DNA from: Wenzhouxiangella sp.
Lineage (GTDB): Bacteria > Pseudomonadota > Gammaproteobacteria > Xanthomonadales > Wenzhouxiangellaceae
DNA length: 46,263 nt
Reading direction: 5' to 3'
Assembly: GCA_021767625.1 (NCBI GenBank)
Contig: JAASTB010000001.1
Location: 1-46,263 of the forward strand
Shown: one piece after another, positions 12,677-22,303 of the stretch
Position numbering within the stretch: the first letter of the stretch is position 1
Layout: every line of letters begins with the position of its first letter
Notes under the pieces: generated by a model
The model's database searches: none
Told to the model about the DNA's origin: nothing
The model's input: the letters and a program-made list of their open reading frames with translations, nothing else
Made by a program: the position numbers and the translations under genes

Positions 12677-12875
12677 CCGCAGATGAACTCAGAATGACGC
12701 AGACCATAAAAACTTTGGGAACCACGGAAGACACGGAATGCACTGAAAAAAGTGAATTTCCAGTGCAGCAGCCAGGACAATGACCCAGGCGGATTATTTC
12801 AAGAGAGTTTCCGTGTCTTCGGTGTATTCCGTGGTTCCTTTGTTTTATCTGTGTTCGTCCTTAGTTCATCTGTGG
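12677..12875. repeat. Nested palindrome of two ~9-nt tandem repeat families in the sucB-lpdA spacer
   Basis: Outer arms ccgcagatgaactcagaatgacgcaga (12677-12703) and tctgtgttcgtccttagttcatctgtgg (12848-12875); inner arms ggaaccacggaagacacggaatgcactgaaa (12718-12748) and tttccgtgtcttcggtgtattccgtggttcc (12808-12838); AT-richer than the flanks. Confidence 0.88.
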
Positions 12876-12886
12876 ACAATGTCTTC

Positions 12887-14104
12887 TCAAAGGCCCAGCA
12901 GCATGCGCGCCGGGTCTTCCAGGGCTTCCTTGATCGCCACCAGGAACTGGACGGCGTCCTTGCCGTCGATGATGCGGTGATCGTAGGACAGGGCGATGTA
13001 CATCATCGGGCGGATGACGATCTCGCCGTCGATGGCGACCGGGCGCTCCTTGATGGTGTGCATGCCCAGAATGGCGCTCTGCGGCATGTTGAGCAGCGGC
13101 GTGGAAAGCAGGGAGCCGAACACGCCGCCGTTGGTGATGGTGAACGTGCCGCCCTGGAGGTCGTCGAGCTGGATCGTGCCCTTGCGCGCCTTCTCGGCGT
13201 AGTCGGCAATGCCCTGTTCGATTTCGGCCAGTCCCATGCGGTGCGCGTCGCGCAAGACGGGTACGACCAGGCCGCGATCGGTGGATACGGCAATGCCCAC
13301 GTCCTGGTAACCGTGGTAGATGATCTCGTCGCCGTCGACCGAGGCGTTGACCACCGGATGCTTCTGCAGCGCTTCGCAGGCGGCTTTCACGAAGAAGGAC
13401 ATGAAGCCGAGCTTGATGCCGTGCTTGTTCTGGAAGTCTTCCTTGTAGCGGCTGCGGATGTCCATGACCGCCTTGAGATCCACCTCGTTGAAGGAGGTCA
13501 GGATGGCGGCGGTGTTCTGGGCCTCCTTCATGCGCTCGGCGATGCGCGAGCGCAGTCGCGACATCTTGACGCGTTCTTCCGGGCGCGGGCCGGTGGCGCC
13601 GCCGGCCATGTGACTCATCACGTCGCCCTTGGTCACGCGACCGCCGCGACCGCTGCCCTCGATCTGGCTGGCGTCGAGGTCGTTCTCGGCGACCATGCGG
13701 CGGGCCGAGGGGGGCAGGTCTTTCTCGGCATCCTTGGAGCGGCCGGACTTCTTCTCCCCGCCGCCGTCGCTCTTCTTGCCTTCGCCGGAATCCTTTTCGG
13801 CCTTGTCGTCGGATGCCTCCTCGCCTTCGTCGGCGGACTCGTCTTCCTCCGACTTGCTCGGCGCTTCGCCTTCTTCCATCAGGCCCAGGACCTGGCCCTC
13901 GGTGACGGTTTCGCCCTCCTCGGCGCTGATGTCTTTGAGCACGCCGTCGGCCGGGGCCGGCACTTCGAGCACCACCTTGTCGGTTTCCAGATCGACCAGG
14001 TTCTCGTCGCGCTCGATCGCGTCGCCGGGCTTCTTGTGCCACTTGGCGACGGTCGCGTCCGAAACGGACTCGGGCAGGTTGGGGACTTTGACTTCAACGC
14101 TCAT
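12887..14104 (-). CDS. sucB: 2-oxoglutarate dehydrogenase E2 (dihydrolipoyl succinyltransferase)
   Basis: Lipoyl domain [11 protein letters not shown]3-binding [10 protein letters not shown], catalytic SYDHRIIDG. Confidence 0.97.
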   Translation of the reverse strand: MSVEVKVPNLPESVSDATVAKWHKKPGDAIERDENLVDLETDKVVLEVPAPADGVLKDISAEEGETVTEGQVLGLMEEGEAPSKSEEDESADEGEEASDDKAEKDSGEGKKSDGGGEKKSGRSKDAEKDLPPSARRMVAENDLDASQIEGSGRGGRVTKGDVMSHMAGGATGPRPEERVKMSRLRSRIAERMKEAQNTAAILTSFNEVDLKAVMDIRSRYKEDFQNKHGIKLGFMSFFVKAACEALQKHPVVNASVDGDEIIYHGYQDVGIAVSTDRGLVVPVLRDAHRMGLAEIEQGIADYAEKARKGTIQLDDLQGGTFTITNGGVFGSLLSTPLLNMPQSAILGMHTIKERPVAIDGEIVIRPMMYIALSYDHRIIDGKDAVQFLVAIKEALEDPARMLLGL

Positions 14105-14111
14105 GGGTTAC

Positions 14112-16922
14112 TTACTCCGTGAATTTGCCTGGGGTCAGCGCCTCGCCGACCAGGCGCTTTTGTTGTTCGAGGTGGACCTGATAGTAGCCAACGGCCGGGG
14201 ACGACGAGCCGTGGCGGCCGACGTAGCCGAGTTCCTGGCCGTCGCGGATGCAGGCCTGGAGGTGATGGCGAATCTGGAACCAGGCGCCCTGGTTCATGGG
14301 CTCTTCCTGGCACCACGCCACCTCGCCGGCCTTGTCGTAGCGCGCGATGATTGCCTGCACTTCCTCGCGCGGGAAGGGATAGAGCTGCTCGACGCGGACC
14401 AGCGCGACGTTGTCGACCTCGTCCTCTTCGAGCTGCTTGGCGAGGTCGAAGTAGACCTTGCCGGCGCAGAACACGACGCGTTCGACCTTCTTCGGATCGG
14501 GCCCGGCCGGGTCGTCGATGACCAGTTGGAAGTGACCTTTCTCGAGATCGTCGAGCGACGAGGTCGAGGCCTTGTGTCGCAGCAACGACTTGGGCGTCAT
14601 CACGATCAGCGGCTTGCGGAACCGGCGCAGCATCTGCCGGCGCAGCATGTGGAACATCTGCGAGGGCAGGGTGGGCACGCAGACCTGGATATTGGCGCCC
14701 GAGCAAAGCTGCATGAATCGCTCCAGCCTCGCCGAGGAGTGCTCCGGACCCTGGCCCTCGTAGCCGTGCGGCAGGAACATGACCAGGCCGCACAGTCGGC
14801 CCCACTTGGCCTCGCCGGAGGCGATGAACTGGTCGATGACCACCTGCGCGCCGTTGACGAAGTCGCCGAACTGGGCTTCCCAGATCGTCAGGGTGGACGG
14901 TTCGGCCGTGGCGTAGCCGTACTCGAAGCCGAGCACCGCCTCCTCGGACAACAGCGAATCGATAACCGTCACGCGACGCGGATCGTCGGTGAACTGCTGC
15001 AGCGGCAGCATGGACGTGCCGTCGGCCTGGTTGTGCAGGACGGCGTGACGATGGAAGAAGGTGCCGCGGCCGGAATCCTGGCCGACCAGGCGCAGGCCGT
15101 GACCGCCCTCGATCAGGGTGGCGTAGGCCATGGTTTCGGCGAAACCCCAGTCCATGGGGGATTCACCGGCGGCCATCTTCTTGCGCGAGTCGATGATGCG
15201 CTGCACCTGCTTGTGCAGCTCGAAGCCCTCGGGCAGGGTGGTCAGGCGGTCGGACAGTTCGCGGATGCTTGCGGCATCGATGCCGGTGGTGACCTCTTCG
15301 CGCCAGTCGCCGTCGAGGTACGGATCCCAGTCGACGGTCTCGATCGCTTCGTCCTCGCTGAGCAGGTCGACGACCGGTTCGCCGGCGTCGAGCTTGTCGC
15401 GATAGCCCTCGTTTGCCTTGTCGATGGTTTTCTTGTCGACCAGGCCTTCCCTGATCAGTTCGTCGGCATACTGCTTGCGCACCGGATCGAGCTTGCGGAT
15501 GGTCTCGTACATGCGCGGCTGCGTGGCGGCCGGCTCGTCGGCTTCGTTGTGGCCGAGGCGGCGATAGCAGACCAGGTCGAGCACGACGTCCTTCTTGAAC
15601 TCGCGGCGGAAGTCGGCGAGAACGCGCGTGGCGAACAGCACGGCTTCGGGATCGTCGCCGTTGACGTGCAGGATCGGGGCCTGGACCATCTTGGCGACTT
15701 CGGTGCAGTACAGGGTCGAACGCGCGTCGAGCGGATTCGAGGTGGTGAAGCCGATCTGGTTGTTGACGACGACATGGAAGGTGCCGCCGACGGCGAAACC
15801 GCGCGCCTGCGACATGTTGAGCAATTCCATGTTGACGCCCTGGCCGGCGATGGCCGCGTCGCCATGCACGAGCACGGGCAGGACCTGCTCGCGACGGTCG
15901 TCGCGAAGGCGGGTCTGGCGCGCACGCGCCGAGCCGGCCACCACGGGGTTGACGATTTCCAGGTGCGAGGGGTTGAAGGCCAGTGCCAGGTGCATCGGGC
16001 CGCCCGGCGTGGGTACGTCGGAACTGAAGCCCATGTGGTATTTCACGTCGCCCGAGCGATTCGGGTCGTCGGCGGCGATCTTGCCCTCGAATTCGGCGAA
16101 CAGGTCGCGCGGGCTCTTGCCCAGGATGTTGACCAGCACGTTGAGCCGACCGCGATGGGCCATGCCGATGACCATCTCGCGCACGCCCTGGCTGCCGGTG
16201 TGACGAATCAGGGTGTCGAGCAGCGGGATCATGCTCTCGCCGCCTTCCAGCGAGAAGCGCTTCTGGCCGACATACTTCGAGTGCAGGTATTTCTCGAGAC
16301 CTTCGGCGGAGGACAGCTTGTCGAGCAGGCGGCGACGCTCCTCGGCCTCCGGCGTGTAGTTGCCGCGCGCGCCCTCCAGGCGCTGCTGCAGCCAGCGGCG
16401 CTGGTTGGTGTCGGTAATGTGCATGTACTCGACACCGATGCTGCCGCAGTAGGTTTCGCGGCAGGTCTCGACGATGTCTCTGAGCGGCAGGTGATCGGGG
16501 CCGGCCAGAGAGCCGCTGTGGAACTTGGTATCGAGATCGGACTCGTCGAGGCTGTGGAAACCGAGCTCGAGGTCCGGGACCTGCGGGCGCTCGCTGATGC
16601 CGAGCGGGTCGAGCTGGGCGCGCTGGTGGCCGCGCACCCGGTAGGCGTTGATCAGGCGCAGGACGCCGGCCTGCTTGAAGTCCTCGGCCGCGGTGCCCGC
16701 GCTGTAGTGGCCGTTTGCGGCCATGGCCTGGAAGTGGGCCTCGATCTGGCGGTGGCGGGTCTCGGTATCGACCGAATCCGACAGCTGGGAGAACAGTTTC
16801 TGCCAGTTCTCGGGGACGGATTCGGGATCATCCAGCCAGGCTTCGTAGAAGGCCTCCACATAGTCGGCGTTACCGCCGGAAAGATGGGAGTTCCGGTACT
16901 GCTCCTTCAAGAAATCGGTCAT
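14112..16922 (-). CDS. sucA: 2-oxoglutarate dehydrogenase E1
   Basis: KRFSLEGGE, GMAHRGRLN, HGDAAIAGQG, GQGPEHSSARLER. Confidence 0.97.
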   Translation of the reverse strand: MTDFLKEQYRNSHLSGGNADYVEAFYEAWLDDPESVPENWQKLFSQLSDSVDTETRHRQIEAHFQAMAANGHYSAGTAAEDFKQAGVLRLINAYRVRGHQRAQLDPLGISERPQVPDLELGFHSLDESDLDTKFHSGSLAGPDHLPLRDIVETCRETYCGSIGVEYMHITDTNQRRWLQQRLEGARGNYTPEAEERRRLLDKLSSAEGLEKYLHSKYVGQKRFSLEGGESMIPLLDTLIRHTGSQGVREMVIGMAHRGRLNVLVNILGKSPRDLFAEFEGKIAADDPNRSGDVKYHMGFSSDVPTPGGPMHLALAFNPSHLEIVNPVVAGSARARQTRLRDDRREQVLPVLVHGDAAIAGQGVNMELLNMSQARGFAVGGTFHVVVNNQIGFTTSNPLDARSTLYCTEVAKMVQAPILHVNGDDPEAVLFATRVLADFRREFKKDVVLDLVCYRRLGHNEADEPAATQPRMYETIRKLDPVRKQYADELIREGLVDKKTIDKANEGYRDKLDAGEPVVDLLSEDEAIETVDWDPYLDGDWREEVTTGIDAASIRELSDRLTTLPEGFELHKQVQRIIDSRKKMAAGESPMDWGFAETMAYATLIEGGHGLRLVGQDSGRGTFFHRHAVLHNQADGTSMLPLQQFTDDPRRVTVIDSLLSEEAVLGFEYGYATAEPSTLTIWEAQFGDFVNGAQVVIDQFIASGEAKWGRLCGLVMFLPHGYEGQGPEHSSARLERFMQLCSGANIQVCVPTLPSQMFHMLRRQMLRRFRKPLIVMTPKSLLRHKASTSSLDDLEKGHFQLVIDDPAGPDPKKVERVVFCAGKVYFDLAKQLEEDEVDNVALVRVEQLYPFPREEVQAIIARYDKAGEVAWCQEEPMNQGAWFQIRHHLQACIRDGQELGYVGRHGSSSPAVGYYQVHLEQQKRLVGEALTPGKFTE

Positions 16923-17044
16923 GGCGCGCGCGGCTTAGGTCGGGTGCCCAGTCAAAGACCGCTGATTATAACGGCGGCAGGGAATCGATTGGGCCGAATG
17001 TGCCGATATTGCTCCGTTTTGCGGCGATTCGGGATGCGCTGGGC

Positions 17045-18424
17045 CTATACGTAGCGATCGATGTCGCGCGCCATCTGCATCGCGTTTCCGATATAGGTCG
17101 AAGGTGCGAGTTCGAGTAGCCGGTCGCGGTCGGCTTCGGGAATGTCGAGTTCGGCAATGAATTGCCGGATGCTCTTTTGGTCGATGCCGCGGCCACGGGT
17201 CAGGGCCTTGAGCTTTTCGTAGGGTTCCGGCACGCCGTGCAGGCGCATGACGGTCTGCACCGCTTCGGCCAGCACTTCCCAGGCGCGTTCGAGGTCCTCG
17301 GCCAGGCGTTGTTCGTTGGGCGCGATGCGGTCGAGACCCTTGAGGATCGACTGCCACGCCAGGGAGCAGTAGCCGAAGGCCGAACCCAGCGAGCGCTGCA
17401 CGGTCGAGTCCGTGAGGTCTCGCTGGAACCGGGAGACCGGCAGCTTGCCTGCAAGGTGGTCGAGCAGGGCGTTGGCCAGTCCGAGATTGCCTTCGCCGTT
17501 TTCGAAATCGATCGGGTTGACCTTGTGCGGCATGGTCGAGGAGCCGACTTCGCCTTCGACGAGCTTCTGGCGGAAGTAGCCCCAGGAGACGTAGCCCCAG
17601 GCGTCGCGCGCGAAATCCAGCAGCACGGTGTTGATGCGCATCAACGCATGCGCTGCCTCGGCGATCATGTCGTGCGGTTCGATCTGCGTGGTGTAGGGGT
17701 TCCACACCAGCCCGAGATCCTCCACGAAGTCGCGCGCCAGGGCCGGCCAGTCGACGTCGGGGCAGGCGGTCATGTGGGCGTTGAAGTTGCCCACCGCGCC
17801 GTTGATCTTGCCGGTGATCTCGACCTGGTTGAGGGCGCGGCGCTGGCGGCGCAGGCGAAAGACCACGTTGGCCATCTCCTTGCCCAACGTCGTCGGGGAG
17901 GCGGTCTGGCCGTGCGTGCGCGAGAGCATCGGCATCCCGGCCGTGTCCTTGGCCATGGCGGCCAGGCGCTTGTCGATCTGCGCCAGCAGCGGATCGAGTT
18001 CCTCGACCACCGAGTGCTTGATGATCAGCGCCCAGGCGAGGTTGTTGATGTCCTCGGAGGTGCAGGCGAAGTGCACGAACTCGGTGTAGGGCCTGAGCGA
18101 TTCGCGCTCGGTCAGGCGTTCCTTGAGCCAGTATTCGACTGCCTTGACGTCGTGATTGGTGGTCTGCTCGATCGCCTTGACCGCGGCGGCGTCGAGCTCG
18201 CCGAACTCATCGACCAGGCGGTCGAGAAATTCCCGGTCCTCGCGCGCGAGCTCGGGCAGTGCGGTGAAAGCCGGCTCGGCCGCCAGGGACTTGAACCAGG
18301 CCACTTCCACGCGCACGCGGTGACGAATCAGGCCGGCTTCGGAGGCGAGCCAGCGCAGTCCGGCGAGCTTGCCGGCGTAGCGTCCGTCCAGGGGCGAGAG
18401 GGCGGTCAGGGCGTGGGTATCCAT
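17045..18424 (-). CDS. purB: Adenylosuccinate lyase
   Basis: ALSPLDGRY, TNHDVKAVEY, GSSTMPHKVNPIDFEN; start set at ATG 18424 (MDTHAL). Confidence 0.96.
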   Translation of the reverse strand: MDTHALTALSPLDGRYAGKLAGLRWLASEAGLIRHRVRVEVAWFKSLAAEPAFTALPELAREDREFLDRLVDEFGELDAAAVKAIEQTTNHDVKAVEYWLKERLTERESLRPYTEFVHFACTSEDINNLAWALIIKHSVVEELDPLLAQIDKRLAAMAKDTAGMPMLSRTHGQTASPTTLGKEMANVVFRLRRQRRALNQVEITGKINGAVGNFNAHMTACPDVDWPALARDFVEDLGLVWNPYTTQIEPHDMIAEAAHALMRINTVLLDFARDAWGYVSWGYFRQKLVEGEVGSSTMPHKVNPIDFENGEGNLGLANALLDHLAGKLPVSRFQRDLTDSTVQRSLGSAFGYCSLAWQSILKGLDRIAPNEQRLAEDLERAWEVLAEAVQTVMRLHGVPEPYEKLKALTRGRGIDQKSIRQFIAELDIPEADRDRLLELAPSTYIGNAMQMARDIDRYV

Positions 18425-18509
18425 TGGATCATGCGCGTCGATTCGGGCAATCCTCAATGATACCGCAGCACGCCATCGGGATTGCCCCTTCGACGCCCCC
18501 GCTCGCGCG

Positions 18510-19676
18510 TCATTCCCCCAGAAAGATGCTTAGCCGGTCGGCCGCCTGATCGATCGCGGTCACGCCGTCTAGGTGTCCCATCTTGCCGTCCAGTCGGACC
18601 AGCCCGGAGTCCTTGCCTGCCCGGACCAGCAGCTCGTGCGCCTCCTGCGCCAGCGCCGGCCTGAGCAGCAGGTCGCCGCCCGCCGGAAGGAAGAGGGTTC
18701 GGGCCTTCACGCGATCAACGGCCCCCGCGAGGTCATCGCCGTGACCGGCGACGAAAAGCTGACTGGCGCGGGTGAGATAGAGAACGTGGTTGGCGTCCGA
18801 GACCGTGGCGCGCTGCCGGGCCTGTTCGCGCAGCCAGTCGGTGACGGCAAAGCCGCCGTCGAGGCTTTCCAGCGCTTCGGCGGGCAGGTTGCGGTGGTCC
18901 GGGAACTGCATCTCGAAGAAGTCCGGGTGCAGGGCGTCCTGGGTGATGAGCATCAGGCTGGCGGTCAGGCCTTCGATCGGTCGCTCATGGCCGTAGTAGT
19001 CGCCGCCACGCCAGTCGGGATCCAGGCGGATCGGATTCGCCCAGTGCTCGAGCCGCGCGATCTCCCAGGCATGCATGCGTCCGCCCCCGATCACCGAGAC
19101 CATGCGCTCGACGCGTTCCGGGTAGGCCACGGCCCACTCCAGGGCCTGGAAGGAGCCCATCGAGGCACCGATGACGGCGTGCAGGCGTTCGATCCCCAGC
19201 GAGTCGAGCAGGCGCTTCTGGACTTCCACGAAATCGCGGATGGTTACGACCGGAAAGTCCAGCCCCCACGGTTCGCCCGTTTCCGGATTGATGGTGGCCG
19301 GTCCGGTGGTGATGACGTGCTCGTCGTGCACGTTGGCGTTGGCCAGGGTGTCGACGCTGACGACGTAAAAGCGGTCGGTGTCGATGGCCTTGCCCGGCCC
19401 GATGATGGCGTCCCAGTAGCCCGGCTCGTTATCGTCGGGGTGGTAGCGGCCGGCCGCGTGTGAGGTGCCGGAGAAGAAGTGCGTGACGAGGATGACGTTG
19501 TCGCGCGCCGCGTTGAGTTCACCGTAGGCCTCCCAGCCGACGCGGACTTCGGGAATGGTCTCGCCGCCGAAGGTAGTGAAGTCCTCGGTGACGAACTCAC
19601 GCTTTTCGACGAGCATGCCGCCGGCGAGCGCGGGTGTGGCGGCAAGCAGCAGCAGAATCAGGAGCGTTCGAAGCAT
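18510..19676 (-). CDS. MetX/homoserine O-acetyltransferase-fold alpha/beta hydrolase with signal peptide (E22-like esterase)
   Basis: Signal peptide MLRTLLILLLLAATPALA; THFFSGTSHAAG, GYWDAIIGPGKAIDTDRF, nucleophile motif GASMG, C-terminal GHLDG. Confidence 0.8.
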   Translation of the reverse strand: MLRTLLILLLLAATPALAGGMLVEKREFVTEDFTTFGGETIPEVRVGWEAYGELNAARDNVILVTHFFSGTSHAAGRYHPDDNEPGYWDAIIGPGKAIDTDRFYVVSVDTLANANVHDEHVITTGPATINPETGEPWGLDFPVVTIRDFVEVQKRLLDSLGIERLHAVIGASMGSFQALEWAVAYPERVERMVSVIGGGRMHAWEIARLEHWANPIRLDPDWRGGDYYGHERPIEGLTASLMLITQDALHPDFFEMQFPDHRNLPAEALESLDGGFAVTDWLREQARQRATVSDANHVLYLTRASQLFVAGHGDDLAGAVDRVKARTLFLPAGGDLLLRPALAQEAHELLVRAGKDSGLVRLDGKMGHLDGVTAIDQAADRLSIFLGE

Positions 19677-19751
19677 GTTGTCGGGGCGTGTTCGGGTTCG
19701 TCTCCAGACTGAATCAGAACGTCGCGCCGGGCCATTGTCCCTTGGTGCAGG

Positions 19752-20879
19752 TCAGCGATATTGCCGCAGGTATCGCCACTCGAACAGGCGCTTGGCCCAG
19801 TGCATGGCCCGCAGGGGCGGGAGGACGCGATTCCCGCTTGCGCTGCGCGTGACCAGGATGCCGCGATCGTAGAGATCGACGATGCACATCAGTTCGCTCT
19901 TGAAGGTCGCCTCGGCGGGCTTGCCGGCCAGTTCGGCCAGGAGGTTTTTTGCCGCGGCCTCGGCCTGCAGGTCGGCCATATGCGCCTGCTTGGGCATCCA
20001 GCCCGGCCCCGGAAAGGAGCCGGCGTCGCCGGCGACGTAGACGCGCTCGAAGCCATCGACGCGGCAGTGTTCGTCGGCGCGGATCATGCCGCCGTCCGAG
20101 CGCGGCAGGGGCGTGTCGTCGAACCAGTCGTTGCCGGTCATGCCGGGCATGAACAGGATCAGGTCGGCCGCGAAGGACTCGGCTTCGGTTTCGACGCCGT
20201 CTTCGCTGAATCGCCTGGGCTTGTGGCCGAGGTGCGTGCGGATGTCGCGCTTGTGCATCTCTTCGAGCAGCCGGTCGACCGCCTTGCCGCCGAGCCGCTG
20301 GCCCGGTTTCTCGGCCGGGCTGAAGAAGTGCAGCGTGAATCGATCCCGTCGGCCCTGCTTTCTAAGCCAGGTGTCGATGCCGAACAGGAACTCGAAGACC
20401 GGTCCGCCGCGCATGGCCGAGGGTTCTTTCGGGTTGCCGGCAAAGCCGAAGGCGATCGAGCCCGACGCCATGGCCTGGAGGCGATCGCGCAGGCGGGTGA
20501 TTTCCTCGGGGCCGCCGCAGGGCAGAATGCTGTGCTCGATGCCCGGGAGCTTGCGCAGGAACTGCCCGCCGCAGGCGATCACCAGGCCGTCGTTGGCGAT
20601 GTCCCCGGCTTCGGTCCGGAGCGTCCTGCCATCTTCGGACAGACCGGTCGCCCGCGTGGCGTGGTGATCGACGCGCATGCGCTCGAAGAAGCGCTCGAGC
20701 GGCACGACCAGGTCTTCGGCCTGGCGTTTGCCGGTTGGAATCCAGATCGTGCCCGGGTAGTACACGAGTTCGGCCCGTGGGGAAACCAGGTCGATGCCCA
20801 GGTCGGGGTCGGCCCTGCGAAGTTCGCGTACGGCGGTCAGGGCGGCGAATCCCGATCCGATGATGGTCACGCGCGACAT
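19752..20879 (-). CDS. sqrF: Sulfide:quinone oxidoreductase, type VI (SqrF-like)
   Basis: FAD motif IIGSGFAA and YVAGD. By manual count Cys121, Cys272, Cys332 and Glu163 are present, and RGGPVFE replaces the CxGPxYE motif of type I/IV SQRs, as I recall for type VI. Confidence 0.78.
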   Translation of the reverse strand: MSRVTIIGSGFAALTAVRELRRADPDLGIDLVSPRAELVYYPGTIWIPTGKRQAEDLVVPLERFFERMRVDHHATRATGLSEDGRTLRTEAGDIANDGLVIACGGQFLRKLPGIEHSILPCGGPEEITRLRDRLQAMASGSIAFGFAGNPKEPSAMRGGPVFEFLFGIDTWLRKQGRRDRFTLHFFSPAEKPGQRLGGKAVDRLLEEMHKRDIRTHLGHKPRRFSEDGVETEAESFAADLILFMPGMTGNDWFDDTPLPRSDGGMIRADEHCRVDGFERVYVAGDAGSFPGPGWMPKQAHMADLQAEAAAKNLLAELAGKPAEATFKSELMCIVDLYDRGILVTRSASGNRVLPPLRAMHWAKRLFEWRYLRQYR

Positions 20880-20907
20880 GCTGGCTACTCCGGTCTTGAA
20901 TCTGCCC

Positions 20908-20933
20908 TATATTAACAAAGTCTAATTAATTAG
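20908..20933 (-). promoter_or_regulatory. AT-rich promoter / candidate operator (ATTA-N8-TAAT) upstream of sqrF
   Basis: atta-acaaagtc-taat at 20911-20926 overlaps the perfect palindrome ctaattaattag at 20922-20933, inside a GC-rich background. Confidence 0.4.
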
Positions 20934-22236
20934 CGTGCCCAAGCATGTAGTCGATGGTCAGGGTGGCCAGGGCGCGAACGCCCGTCTGCATGGCCGCTTC
21001 GGCGATGCGGAAATCGGGGGTGTGGTGCGGTGCGACTTCCTCGAGCGGCCGGTCCGCCGGGGCGGCGCCCAGGAAGAAGTACAGCCCGGGCACCTCGCGC
21101 TGGAAGTAGGAGAAATCCTCCGCCGCGGTCAGGGCGTCGATGCGCACGGCCCGGTCCCCGGCCACGCGCTGCAGGCTGGGCGCCATCGCCTCTGTCAGCT
21201 TCGGGTCGTTGTAGGTCACCGGGTAGCCGCGCTGGATGTCCACGGTGACTTCTGCACCCTGGCTGGCGGCGATGTGTTCGGCGGTGCGCCGGATGTCGGC
21301 GTGGATCTTCTCGCGCATGGCCGGGTCGAGCGTGCGGATGGTGCCGATCAGCTCGGCTTCCTCGGGAATGATGTTGTTGCGCACGCCGGCCCGGACCCGG
21401 CCGACCGAAATGACGGCCGCGGCCCGGGTCAGCTCGGTCTGGCGGGCGACGACGGTGTTGAGTCCCAGCACGATCTGGGCGGCGGTGGTGATCGGATCGA
21501 CGCCGGTCCAGGGCGTGGAACCGTGCGTCTGGCTGCCGTGGACGGTGATCACGAAGCGGTCCGCCGCGGCCATGGTGCCGGCGGGCCGGTAGCCGATCTG
21601 GCCGGCCGGGGCGGGCGCCCAGATGTGCTGGCCGAAGACCACGTCGACGTCCGGCTCGGAGAGCACCCCTTCGGCGACCATCATTTCCGCGCCGCCTTCC
21701 TCGCCCGGCGGCGTGCCTTCCTCAGCCGGCTGGAAGATGAACTTGACGGTGCCCGGCAGCGACTCGCGCCGCTCGGCGAGCATCTGCGCCACGCCCATGA
21801 GCATCGCCATGTGCGCGTCGTGTCCGCAGGCGTGCGAGACCGGAACTTCTTCGCCGAGATATTCGCTGGTCACGTCCGGCGAGAAGGGCAGGTCGACGCG
21901 CGAGGGCACGGGCAGGGCGTCCATGTCCGCGCGCAGCCCGACTACCGGTCCCGGCCGGCCGCCGCGCAGCACGCCGACGACGCCGGTGTGCGCCACGCCC
22001 GTGGTCACTTCCATGTCGAGCGAGCGCAGGAACTGCGCGACCGTCGCTGCGGTGTCGAACTCCCGGTTGGACAGCTCGGGATTGGCGTGGAAGTGGCGGC
22101 GCCATTCGACGACACGTTCCTGCATGGCGGCCGCGCTTTCGTCGATATAGGCGTGCCACGAATCGGGCGTTTCCTGCGCGAGGGTCGCGGTGGTGCACAG
22201 CAGGGCCAGCAGCGGCAGGAGGGCGGTCTTCGGCAT
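20926..22236 (-). CDS. M20D-family amidohydrolase with signal peptide
   Basis: RRHFHANPELSNREF, LRADMDALP, HACGHDAH, FQPAEEG, AEDFS; start ATG 22236 (MPKTALLPLLALL). Confidence 0.9.
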   Translation of the reverse strand: MPKTALLPLLALLCTTATLAQETPDSWHAYIDESAAAMQERVVEWRRHFHANPELSNREFDTAATVAQFLRSLDMEVTTGVAHTGVVGVLRGGRPGPVVGLRADMDALPVPSRVDLPFSPDVTSEYLGEEVPVSHACGHDAHMAMLMGVAQMLAERRESLPGTVKFIFQPAEEGTPPGEEGGAEMMVAEGVLSEPDVDVVFGQHIWAPAPAGQIGYRPAGTMAAADRFVITVHGSQTHGSTPWTGVDPITTAAQIVLGLNTVVARQTELTRAAAVISVGRVRAGVRNNIIPEEAELIGTIRTLDPAMREKIHADIRRTAEHIAASQGAEVTVDIQRGYPVTYNDPKLTEAMAPSLQRVAGDRAVRIDALTAAEDFSYFQREVPGLYFFLGAAPADRPLEEVAPHHTPDFRIAEAAMQTGVRALATLTIDYMLGHAN

Positions 22237-22303
22237 GGAATTTCCCCGGGGGTGAGAGCCTGGCGCCATTCTTGCCGCCCGCGCCCGGGGGCGCAAGCCT
22301 CGC

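Noticed and set aside
12448-12980. Short ORFs crossing the sucB-lpdA spacer
   Set aside because: They overlap lpdA or sucB in antisense and only translate the repeat arms; there is no GxxExxY motif.
13629-17054. 1141-aa plus-strand ORF and other long antisense ORFs (10107-12686, 33155-35086, 3856-5289, 20935-22323)
   Set aside because: They are shadow frames opposite well-conserved genes, expected from high-GC codon bias, and have no recognisable motifs.
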